Shown here: positions 38,404 to 46,687 of the stretch, piece by piece
Layout of the letters: every line of letters starts with the position of its first letter
Numbering within the stretch: position 1 is the first letter of the stretch
IMG/VR virus record: IMGVR_UViG_3300044712_002668
Coordinates: 271,989-335,988 of that record
Length of the DNA stretch: 64,000 nucleotides
Strand: one strand, 5' to 3'
Position numbers and translations under genes: made by a program
The notes under the pieces: generated by a model
What the model saw: the letters and a program-made list of their open reading frames with translations, nothing else
Told to the model about the DNA's origin: nothing
Database searches by the model: none

Positions 38404-38785
38404 ATGGCAGACAATCTTAAGTTTAAGTTGAAAACTGAAGTTCAAATCGAAAGCCGTTGATGGTAACATCGTGAAGGTTCGAATCCTTCCCTCCCCACCA
38501 TCCACAGCACAGGTAGTCCTTTGAAACGTATACTCCAAGGTATTCATTCTACCTAGAAAGAATGATTCTGGTTGTCTTGTGTTCCTGCTTTCCCGTTCTC
38601 TCTCATCCATCCTCCAAGTTTGTTGGTGAGTATATAAAGTAAGAGTGCGATGGTTCAAGTCCATCGGCTGTGTCTGAAGCTGACTTATCAAAATCCTGGT
38701 AATTTTGGAGTTAGCTTCGCCTACCTGGGGAGGTAGCCGAATTGGCACAGGCAAACGGTAATTAGAGAATCAAGCTATTCTGCCA
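38404..38785 (+). ncRNA. Circularly permuted, anticodon-less tRNA-Leu-like RNA (module A)
   Basis: 3' half 38454-38500 (CCGTT, variable arm GATG-GTAA-CATC, GAAGG-TTCGAAT-CCTTC, CCTCCCC-A-CCA) pairs with downstream 5' half 38727-38758 (GGGGAGG, D arm, AACGG); ends closed by TGGCAGA/TCTGCCA. Confidence 0.8.
38503..38673 (+). ncRNA. Nested degenerate tRNA-like module inside module A
   Basis: CACAGC/GCTGTG acceptor-like stem, GATGG-TTCAAGT-CCATC T arm, TATACTC/GAGTATA stem enclosing a long insert. Confidence 0.55.
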
Positions 38786-38800
38786 AGTTCTTAAAGAATA

Positions 38801-39060
38801 ACGTTTTATCCTAATCAAGGTGTTGTGACAAATTGCCGAGGTATTGGTTCAATTCCAATCCCCTTCTCTAAGAGCTTTAGTGATTCCGTATAGCGTTGTA
38901 CCATAGAACTCTAACGCCCCCATCATCCCTCAGAAACAACGCAGAGTTTTTTGGTATGGAGTTATTCTTATTAAAGCTCTTAGTGAAGGGGTAGCCTAAT
39001 CGTAGGGCGCGGTAAATAAAGCCTAATCATAACATTAAACGTCGTGGGATAAATAGACGT
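38801..39060 (+). ncRNA. Second circularly permuted tRNA-like RNA (module B, YrlA-type topology)
   Basis: TGCCG-AGGT-ATTGG-TTCAATT-CCAAT-CCCCTTC (38834-66) pairs with GAAGGGG-TA-GCCT..GGGC-G-CGGTA (38985-39014); acceptor extended by CTAAGAGCTTTA/TAAAGCTCTTAG; termini paired. Confidence 0.78.
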
Positions 39061-39062
39061 AT

Positions 39063-39103
39063 GGGCCAGGTGGATGACAGGGTATCGTCTTTCTACCTGG
39101 CCC
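39063..39103 (+). terminator. Strong hairpin closing the RNA locus (terminator or processing site)
   Basis: GGGCCAGGTGGA...TCTACCTGGCCC followed by weak T-rich run. Confidence 0.5.
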
Positions 39104-39124
39104 TTCCTATTTAAGGATTTTTTC

Positions 39125-39448
39125 ATGTTAGGTAATTCTGTAATTCGTTTAACTATTCATACTGTCAAGGAGCTGGCCACTAAATGTATCGCTAAAGTTG
39201 ATAGCGAACGATTTGAAGCTGTAAAGGTGGCCAGAAATAATTTTATGTATAAAGAAGCTTTGAAAAGCATGCCGGAAGAGGAAAGAGAAAAATTGTTTAT
39301 ACGTACTTATGAGTATAGCAGGGCAAGAAATGTTTATTCTGAATCGTATAAACTAGCTAACAAGATTCTTAGGTCAGAAGATTTCCTGTGTAATGCGTTT
39401 ATTTATATGACACTAAATGATTTGGATGCTTTGACAAACATTCTTTGA
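39125..39448 (+). CDS. Hypothetical protein
   Basis: AAGGA SD before MLGNS. Confidence 0.6.
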   Translation: MLGNSVIRLTIHTVKELATKCIAKVDSERFEAVKVARNNFMYKEALKSMPEEEREKLFIRTYEYSRARNVYSESYKLANKILRSEDFLCNAFIYMTLNDLDALTNIL

Positions 39449-39455
39449 GGGTGAT

Positions 39456-40166
39456 ATGAATAATAGATTTTCATGGATTGTTCCTGGCAGACAAATTCTT
39501 TGTCAAAACGAATTGATTATAGATGATATTGTTGTGTGTAAAGGGGATGTTTGTAAAATCTTAAATGTTGAAGGTCATTCATATCCAGATAACGTTATCT
39601 TTTCAACAAAAGATAATTCCATTAAAATGTTTCTTGGAGATTTTATTTATTATTTCCGGGATCATACAACAAAAGAGGATATTAAAAGAGCTATCCAGCC
39701 TGTTTTGAATACTAAAGGTATTGGACAGGTTATATCACATGAACATCCTTCTACAAATAAAGATGCTGGAAAATATAAGTTTATTGGTTTTTGGGCACAA
39801 TCTCAAGCAGAAATGCTTCTTCAACTTGGTGTAAAGATTATTTTTCCATGGCCTGCTGATTTGGTAGATGAAACATGGACTAATGATTTGAACGGCAAAC
39901 GAGAGAAGCATAAAATTCTATATTATATGAAAATGCAGCCAAAGGTAGAGCATTGGTTGGGGTACTCTTGGTGTAGGATATGTGATAAACACAACAATGG
40001 AGCATCAGATCAATCAGATGGTGTATATTATTGGCCCGAGGGTTATATTCATTATATTGAAGAGCATAATGTAAAACCACCTCAAGAATTTATTGATCAT
40101 GTAATACAGAAGCTTGGTCCAGATGATCACGATGAACATAGTGGAATGCCATTGGATTTGGAATAA
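39456..40166 (+). CDS. Hypothetical protein with C-terminal G.S.CRIC...WPEG..HY...H metal-binding domain
   Basis: Motif pattern; GAGGG SD. Confidence 0.65.
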   Translation: MNNRFSWIVPGRQILCQNELIIDDIVVCKGDVCKILNVEGHSYPDNVIFSTKDNSIKMFLGDFIYYFRDHTTKEDIKRAIQPVLNTKGIGQVISHEHPSTNKDAGKYKFIGFWAQSQAEMLLQLGVKIIFPWPADLVDETWTNDLNGKREKHKILYYMKMQPKVEHWLGYSWCRICDKHNNGASDQSDGVYYWPEGYIHYIEEHNVKPPQEFIDHVIQKLGPDDHDEHSGMPLDLE

Positions 40167-40175
40167 AGGTGTTAT

Positions 40176-40826
40176 ATGAAGTTGAATTCAGTTATAAACA
40201 GGTACATTAGTGGTGATGGTAGTGATACCATTTGGTATAATGATTTCGCTTTAGAAATTTATTATGCAAATAATACGCATCCCATTCATGAAGTTATTAA
40301 AAAAGGGTTTGCCGGTACTGTAAACAAACATACTCTGACATTTGTTGATCATGATGAAAAAGAATATAAAATCTTAAAACATGATAAGCAAATGATTATT
40401 TTAGATGATAATCTTTATCATAACTTTTCATTCATGACTCTTGACGGTACAGATATCGATTTTGATTTTAAGAAGTTTCCTTCTTTTAGAGCGCCTCATT
40501 ATCTATTCAAAGTAGATAACGAGGATATTGTTGTTTATGTCAGCATGGATAAGCACAAGTTTGATTACAATACCTGTCATATGTATGTTGGAAATATTGG
40601 TGGTACATTTGTACATGTACCAATCAAAGAGTTTACAAGATATAGGGATGGTGGAACTACCTATATAAAGACAGATATGGGTGTTTTATTTGCTCCAACT
40701 CCGTTTGAAAAAGATAAGAAAGCCTCTTTCAATAAGAAGAATTTAGAATCTTTAAATCCAGAAGATTTTACTATTATAGAAGATCATGGTAAGGATGTAA
40801 CTATAAACCTTGTGAGTAGAAAATGA
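40176..40826 (+). CDS. Hypothetical protein
   Basis: RYRDGGTT motif; AAGG SD. Confidence 0.65.
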   Translation: MKLNSVINRYISGDGSDTIWYNDFALEIYYANNTHPIHEVIKKGFAGTVNKHTLTFVDHDEKEYKILKHDKQMIILDDNLYHNFSFMTLDGTDIDFDFKKFPSFRAPHYLFKVDNEDIVVYVSMDKHKFDYNTCHMYVGNIGGTFVHVPIKEFTRYRDGGTTYIKTDMGVLFAPTPFEKDKKASFNKKNLESLNPEDFTIIEDHGKDVTINLVSRK

Positions 40827-41371
40827 CAGACGATAAAGGTTATTGGTCCGGACCATGTCCGATACACGTTCTTTCAGCGGCAGAGGCTATAAGGAAAAGG
40901 CCAAAGCTATATTTTGGTGAGAATAATTTTGAGCCAGTATTAAAATCCATTATATGTTTTTTAAAAACATATGGTGAGATTGCTTCAGTTGTTGTTGGTT
41001 ACGAATCAATAGTAACTGCATTTTTGAATAATCCAATAGAGAATTTTGATATTTTTAGTCAGTTGTATGCTCCAGGTGGTCCAGAAGAATTCCAACCTGT
41101 AGTAGTTATAGCTTCAACCTCTTCAGCAAAAATACAGTATGAGTATAATGATGAGTTTTATGAGTTCAATTTTAAGAATGGTGAGTTTGTAGATAAGTGT
41201 GTGCCCAGTGTTCCTAAATACGATAGGAATTTAATTAAATTGTATTTGACATGGGATGAAAAATTAACACCAATTGATGATAAGATTATAAATAATGTAT
41301 TGGAGAATTTGGAACACGAAGGATATTGTGTTTATTCAGAGCGAGATATAGATAAGATTTTAGGATATTAA
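40823..41371 (+). CDS. Degenerate GyrB/ParE N-terminal (GHKL-like) fragment protein
   Basis: IHVLSAAEAIRKRPKLYFG resembles the GyrB I.VL...EAVRKRPGMYIG arm; catalytic E..DN..D motif not seen. Confidence 0.55.
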   Translation: MTDDKGYWSGPCPIHVLSAAEAIRKRPKLYFGENNFEPVLKSIICFLKTYGEIASVVVGYESIVTAFLNNPIENFDIFSQLYAPGGPEEFQPVVVIASTSSAKIQYEYNDEFYEFNFKNGEFVDKCVPSVPKYDRNLIKLYLTWDEKLTPIDDKIINNVLENLEHEGYCVYSERDIDKILGY

Positions 41372-41391
41372 AAGGGTAAAGGTATACGAGT

Positions 41392-42012
41392 ATGACTGAT
41401 GATCTTTATGATAGGCCAGAAGATTATTACGATTCAATTCCACGCCCATTATGTTGTGAGCTTCAGAGGAAGTTTCCTACCATAATAGCGAATGTTGATA
41501 TTTATAATGAGGGTGATTCTTATTTGGTGGAAGCCAAATGGACCCTGCAGCCAATTGAATATATAGCTCGTGATACCCAATACAAAATGGGTACTAAATA
41601 CTTTGAGGTCGAAAAGACTCCAAAGTTCTGCCCATATTGTGGCAAGAGATTGCCAAAGCTTGTAAGGAAAAAGAACCCTCCAAAAAATGTTTGTAGGGTT
41701 GTTGATACGGGATATTATTGCGATACATGTAAAGAAAGATTGATGGCATGTACTTGCTATCATCCAACAGCTTTATGGGAGGTTAAGCAGTCAAAACCCG
41801 AAGAACCAAACTTCATCAAAGCAGATTTGGTTGAAGGTTTGACTGATAATGAATTCAATGAGCGTGACAAGTTTATGATGGATCATCATCGGTGTAAGAA
41901 TGCTGAGTTCTATATTAATCTATCACGTGCATCTGGTATTGGTCAAGCTGTAGATATAATGTGTTCTGTCTGTAAAGAAGTCAAAAACATTACAGATTAT
42001 GATTGTTGGTAA
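41392..42012 (+). CDS. Multi-Zn-finger hypothetical protein
   Basis: CC, FCPYCGK.L, CDTC, CSVC. Confidence 0.65.
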   Translation: MTDDLYDRPEDYYDSIPRPLCCELQRKFPTIIANVDIYNEGDSYLVEAKWTLQPIEYIARDTQYKMGTKYFEVEKTPKFCPYCGKRLPKLVRKKNPPKNVCRVVDTGYYCDTCKERLMACTCYHPTALWEVKQSKPEEPNFIKADLVEGLTDNEFNERDKFMMDHHRCKNAEFYINLSRASGIGQAVDIMCSVCKEVKNITDYDCW

Positions 42013-42243
42013 GATGATTACGCTAAATACAGTAGGTTTTTGTTTTGTTTTATCATCAATCATATCATTGTTTCATTTATTTGTAAACAGAGGAAATTCT
42101 TATGGAATTGAAACTTATACGTTGATATTTTTCATGAATGCATTAACGGCAGCAATCCTTTTCTATATGCATTATCATATGGAAAATGGTAAAGAAGAAA
42201 AGAAACCCAGATCAGGACCGCAGTGGTTGTAAGGAGAAAAGAA

Positions 42244-42708
42244 ATGACAACAGAATCAATGGTACTTAGTGAGATTGAAACAATCAAGAAGCTCCGAAAG
42301 GAAACGTCAGCTCCGTTGGCTATCTGCAAAGAAGCCGTACAAAAACTTGGAACACATGATTTTGATAATCTTCTTCAGTATATCAAGAATTTTTCAGGGT
42401 ATAGTGTCAAGAGTAAAGAGAATGCAAATCGTTGTTATGTGATTAGATCTTATGTACATCATACCAATCAGCTTGGTGTGTTGGTCAGGATCTCTGTTGA
42501 TACCGATTTTGCAGCTAAAAGTCAGGAAGTTATTGATTTTACAGATGGTTTGGCAATGACAATTGCTGCAAATAACCCAACGGATTTTTCTGTAAAGATT
42601 CCTTGGGTTATGGATGAAAACTTTACAGTTGAGCAGCAAAAAAATAAACTGGAAGCACAGATAAAAGAATCAATTCAGATTCATGATTGGCATTTTATGA
42701 GGTCGTAA
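42244..42708 (+). CDS. tsf: Elongation factor Ts, short/truncated form
   Basis: IKKLRKETSAP...CKEA UBA-like domain; SYVHH...GVLV.I..DTDF.AK. Confidence 0.8.
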   Translation: MTTESMVLSEIETIKKLRKETSAPLAICKEAVQKLGTHDFDNLLQYIKNFSGYSVKSKENANRCYVIRSYVHHTNQLGVLVRISVDTDFAAKSQEVIDFTDGLAMTIAANNPTDFSVKIPWVMDENFTVEQQKNKLEAQIKESIQIHDWHFMRS

Positions 42709-42971
42709 TGGTAAGTAATATATCTAAAGAAGAGTGGGCTTTAATTATAGCTCACAAAATGTTAATAGAATTGGTAGATGAGGCTGTTAAGCTTAATGAT
42801 TACTCTCATGTACTAAATTATATCGCTATTGTAGTAAGCCCTATATTGGATAATTTTTTTAAAGAGGTAAGGGTTAATGATGGAGATCCTGATCTTAGAA
42901 TGAATAGATTAAGACTTATGAAATCAATAAGTAAACAGTGTTTAAGAATTGCGGACTTTTCCAAATTATGA
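42708..42971 (+). CDS. Stand-alone GlyRS beta-subunit C-terminal (DALR anticodon-binding) domain
   Basis: P.LDNFF.EV.VND.D.DLR.NRL.L......ADFSKL. Confidence 0.75.
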   Translation: MVSNISKEEWALIIAHKMLIELVDEAVKLNDYSHVLNYIAIVVSPILDNFFKEVRVNDGDPDLRMNRLRLMKSISKQCLRIADFSKL

Positions 42972-43201
42972 AAGTCTTAATCCTTAACAATAGAGATTGG
43001 ATGATAGAAGAAAAATGTTATGGGTATGGTTGTTGTAATTATGGCAATGGAGGTGGTGATGGGTGCGGTGACGGAAATATAGTATCTGGATGTGGTTTTG
43101 GGGTTGGTTATGCAGATGCTCGTCAAGGGTTTTTTGGTGGCACCGGGGCTGGATGTGTTTTTGGACATGGCGATGGATCTGGAATCGGATATGGAAAATG
43201 A
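42968..43201 (+). CDS. Gly-rich MKV.IL family protein (cluster 3)
   Basis: MKVLILNNRDW. Confidence 0.7.
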   Translation: MKVLILNNRDWMIEEKCYGYGCCNYGNGGGDGCGDGNIVSGCGFGVGYADARQGFFGGTGAGCVFGHGDGSGIGYGK

Positions 43202-43428
43202 AAGTCATTATTCTTAACAAAAAAGAATGGCAAAAACCAGAAACTGGTTTTAGTTGTGGTGATAATTTATATCTTATGAACGGTTCTGGTTATGCAGATG
43301 GTTTTGGTGGTATGATGGGTAACGCTTCTGGTGGTGGACTTTCAGATTTGGGGAATTGTTATAAAGGATTTGGATGTGGTATAGCTTGGGGTCATGGTCA
43401 GGGTGATGGGACAGGCGAACGTGAATGA
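43198..43428 (+). CDS. Gly-rich MKV.IL family protein (cluster 3)
   Basis: MKVIILNKKEWQKPE. Confidence 0.7.
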   Translation: MKVIILNKKEWQKPETGFSCGDNLYLMNGSGYADGFGGMMGNASGGGLSDLGNCYKGFGCGIAWGHGQGDGTGERE

Positions 43429-43679
43429 AGGTCATTATATTTAATCATAATGATTGGAAAACATTAGAGCATGGTCCTGGGCGTGGTGCTCATACAGACG
43501 GTGAGGGTCGTGCTGATGGTTGTAAATGTTATGGTGCTTATAATGTAGTTTGTAGAAGTGTTTCTGGAGGCGGTTATGCAGAGGGGGTTTGTTGTTTTTG
43601 GTGTCCGCCACAAGGTTATTTCAGGGGACATGGATTTGGTGCGGCGCCTGGTTGTGGCCAAGGTAATGGAACAGGATAA
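43425..43679 (+). CDS. Gly-rich MKV.IL family protein (cluster 3)
   Basis: MKVIIFNHNDW. Confidence 0.7.
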   Translation: MKVIIFNHNDWKTLEHGPGRGAHTDGEGRADGCKCYGAYNVVCRSVSGGGYAEGVCCFWCPPQGYFRGHGFGAAPGCGQGNGTG

Positions 43680-43921
43680 TGAGGGTCATTATACTTAATC
43701 ATAATGACTGGCAGATACCAGAAGATAGTTGTGGGTGGGGAGCTTCAGCAACTACTGAATTTGGTAATGGTCTTGCTGATATAAGCCGTAATGATGTGGT
43801 AATTGGTATTGGTGATGGTTATGCAGATGGCCCTTGCGGTATTTTTCGTGGATTCGGATATGGCAGAACATATGGTTGTGGTTCGGGAAATGGTACAGGT
43901 TATGGACATGGAAGAGAATGA
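43679..43921 (+). CDS. Gly-rich MKV.IL family protein (cluster 3)
   Basis: MRVIILNHNDWQIPE. Confidence 0.7.
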   Translation: MRVIILNHNDWQIPEDSCGWGASATTEFGNGLADISRNDVVIGIGDGYADGPCGIFRGFGYGRTYGCGSGNGTGYGHGRE

Positions 43922-44181
43922 AAGTATTAATTCTTAATAAAAAAGATTGGCAAACACCAGAGGGAACCGGACTTGCTTTAACTGGTTGTGGTCGTGCAGA
44001 TGGAGCTGGCCCAACAGGATTTCCGATACGTGATGGTGGGGTTGGTTATGGTTATGGAGATGGTCGTCAGTGTATTTCACAAGGACAAGTAGATGAAGAT
44101 GGCCATTTTATTTTTTTTCAAGGATATGGAATTGGCTCGGTACCTGGTTATGGCCAAGGTAATGGTACTGGAACAGGATAA
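43918..44181 (+). CDS. Gly-rich MKV.IL family protein (cluster 3)
   Basis: MKVLILNKKDWQTPE. Confidence 0.7.
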   Translation: MKVLILNKKDWQTPEGTGLALTGCGRADGAGPTGFPIRDGGVGYGYGDGRQCISQGQVDEDGHFIFFQGYGIGSVPGYGQGNGTGTG

Positions 44182-44417
44182 TGAAGGTTCTTATTCTTAA
44201 TAAAGAACATTGGCAGATACAGGAATATGATGGCTGTGGTAGTGGACTTGCTCTTTGGGGTTGTGGCTGTGCAGAAGGTGCCGGTCTAATAAACAAAAAA
44301 GGTGGAGATGGTTATGGTTATGGAGATGGCTACTGTGGCTATCGTTGGATTTCACAAGGATGTGGAATTGGTGCAGCTCCTGGTTACGGTCAAGGTAATG
44401 GCAATGGAACAAGTTAA
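44181..44417 (+). CDS. Gly-rich MKV.IL family protein (cluster 3)
   Basis: MKVLILNKEHWQIQE. Confidence 0.7.
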   Translation: MKVLILNKEHWQIQEYDGCGSGLALWGCGCAEGAGLINKKGGDGYGYGDGYCGYRWISQGCGIGAAPGYGQGNGNGTS

Positions 44418-44657
44418 ATGAAAGTACTTATCCTTAACAAGGAACATTGGCAGATACAAGAAAATGGTATTGGATATGGTAACACATATACCGTAAAGGG
44501 ACTTGGTGGTGGGCGGGCTGATATCTATACTATTAATAAAGGAAGGAATTTCGGAGAAGGTTATGCAGATGGTTATAGGGGTGATCAGGTTAATGTAGAT
44601 AATAAATTTAAAATTGCTAATGGTTGTGGTCGTGCTTCTGGATGCGTATCAATATGA
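44418..44657 (+). CDS. Gly-rich MKV.IL family protein (cluster 3)
   Basis: MKVLILNKEHWQIQE. Confidence 0.7.
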   Translation: MKVLILNKEHWQIQENGIGYGNTYTVKGLGGGRADIYTINKGRNFGEGYADGYRGDQVNVDNKFKIANGCGRASGCVSI

Positions 44658-45073
44658 ATGATACTCTGAACCAAATCAAAGTCTTTAACGAAAAGATAAT
44701 GTCTTGGACAAATGAAGTTGAAAAATACTTAACTCCAAGCATGTATGAAGTATATAATTTATTAAAGAAGTTTGAAGAAGAGAGTAAGTATAAAGCTAAA
44801 GTATGTCATATCCAAGAGATGACATTAAGAAAATACGGATTTTTTGATGCTGCCGATTTCTGGCGGCAACGTGCAGATTGTTTTAAGAAAAACAACCCAA
44901 AACCTCTTATCAGTAAAGAGTTTTGGTTTTATCTTATGGAATGTCAAGAGAAGGTTTGCAGGGCCGAAGGGCTTTTTGATGAGGCTGATTATTATCGTCA
45001 GATGAAACACAGCATAGAATCAAGCGTTCACATTGCTCCTTGGAAAATAATTATCAACATTAATGAAATATGA
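44654..45073 (+). CDS. Hypothetical protein with internal duplication (G.FD.AD..RQ twice)
   Basis: Coupled ORF. Confidence 0.55.
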   Translation: MNDTLNQIKVFNEKIMSWTNEVEKYLTPSMYEVYNLLKKFEEESKYKAKVCHIQEMTLRKYGFFDAADFWRQRADCFKKNNPKPLISKEFWFYLMECQEKVCRAEGLFDEADYYRQMKHSIESSVHIAPWKIIININEI

Positions 45074-45438
45074 CATCATTAGAGCGTAAACTAATTGTTT
45101 ATTTTCTCAACCTTGCAGCCGATGAATTCAGCAATCATGGGTGCAATGATTTCAGAGCCAAAGATGCTGACCTTACCAAACAGGAAATCAAATCTCTTCA
45201 AGAACTTCTTAAGACAGAGGGGTTTTATGGAGATGATGAGGTACCTGATTCAGACATATTTTATGATTGGATGATAATGAATTTGATGGCAGAGAGGCTT
45301 GAGAAGAATATTACATTAAAAAATGGTCCAAAAGAATATGTAGTTGATAAAGATTTGGTTTGCTCACAGTGTAATAATGTAATGGAACCCAAAGAGGGTT
45401 GTTTGGTGTGTAGGAATTGTGGGTTTAATCGCGGTTGA
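45070..45438 (+). CDS. Hypothetical protein with C-terminal NrdJ-type Zn ribbon
   Basis: CSQC....PKEGCLVCRNCGF. Confidence 0.6.
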   Translation: MTSLERKLIVYFLNLAADEFSNHGCNDFRAKDADLTKQEIKSLQELLKTEGFYGDDEVPDSDIFYDWMIMNLMAERLEKNITLKNGPKEYVVDKDLVCSQCNNVMEPKEGCLVCRNCGFNRG

Positions 45439-46687
45439 ATTATGAAAACTATTTACGAAGATAACCTTATTAAAATCCAAGGTTACGAAAACAATGGCAA
45501 ATGGTTTGGTAGACTGTTTATCTGTTATAACGGAAGTGTGTACACTGGATTTGCAGAAGTCATTACCAAGTCAAAAGAAGATGGTATTAAAAAGTTTATT
45601 GAGATGTTGGTAAGTTTATCAAGCTTTGAATTCAAAAGCTCAATAAAAGAAAGTATTATGAGGATACCGTTTTGATAAATGAAGAAGATAAAAATGCAGG
45701 CTGCGGCTGTTGTGGCTGTATAGTTTACATTTCCATATTCGTTGCCATGGTCTGGGTTTCAATTCAAATTCTCAAGTACATAGGCGCTTTGTAATGATCT
45801 CGCTCATTTCCAAACTAAAAAACATACCCACTACTTATCCTATGTTTGATGCTTTCAACTATGGAGAGTTGATAGCCAAATATGATAATGGTATGGTTTC
45901 CAGATGGCATAAGAATAAAGATTGTAAACCGATTGGTATTTCAATAGATCATGTATATCATAATGGTATTTATACCAAAGCAAATACGGGTTATGTTTTG
46001 GTAATTGAAGAACAATGTGTATTCTCCACCAATCTATTTGATGATCTACTTGAGTATAGACCTGGAGATTATTTGGGTATCGGGCATTGTATGAAGTCTG
46101 ATAATGTCTGGATTCCAAGTAGATTGTTAGGTTCTGATGAATATTTTGCTCAGGTAGTATGTATGGATGCTAAAAACTTACAACTGGAGTTCTCTCCAGT
46201 GTTATTGGCCGCAGCTCTGGGTGGTTCTGCTACAACTGAGGCTTACGGCGCTACCTGCGGCGATTGTCATGAATATTATGAATATGCTGTGAAAGTTAAT
46301 AGTTTTATTTGCAAGGGCTGCCAACTAAGAAGAGAAGTATTTGGCTGATGTCTTCTGAACAAATCATAATAAACTCAATTGAGATTGCTCAAGAAAAGGG
46401 TATCAAGATAAAAAGAGGAGCCCTGTTTTCATGGCATGGCTGTAAGCTGATATCTTGTGATTGTTCCGGGGCGGTATTGGTAGCATATGCAGAACCATTT
46501 CAATCCTTTCCAAAAGGATGGTTGAAGGTTTTGTTTACAATATTGGAATGTGATCATTTCTGGTGGCGCAGATTTGATTATGGTTTCAACCAGCAGAACA
46601 TAATGTATAAGCGTATCAGTGATACGGAATACGAAGAAGATAGTGTTAGTAAATTTGCTATGCAATTGTCAAAGAGGGTGATATAAT

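Noticed and set aside
38391-38500. Ordinary contiguous tRNA ending at the CCA at 38500
   Set aside because: No upstream 7-nt strand pairs with CCTCCCC at a tRNA-like distance; the perfect partner lies downstream at 38727
38401-38754. 117-aa minus-strand ORF
   Set aside because: Antisense to the tRNA-like structures; contains GGEGRIRT, the typical translation of an antisense T arm
38751-38765. GCA AAC GGT AAT TAG (ANGN*) resembling the start of a tmRNA tag
   Set aside because: Bases belong to the D stem and anticodon stem; only 4 codons; acceptor lacks G3:U70, so a canonical ssrA call is unsupported
9878-44657. Diversity-generating retroelement as the source of Gly-rich gene variation
   Set aside because: No reverse transcriptase and no near-identical TR/VR pair with adenine-specific differences seen in this window
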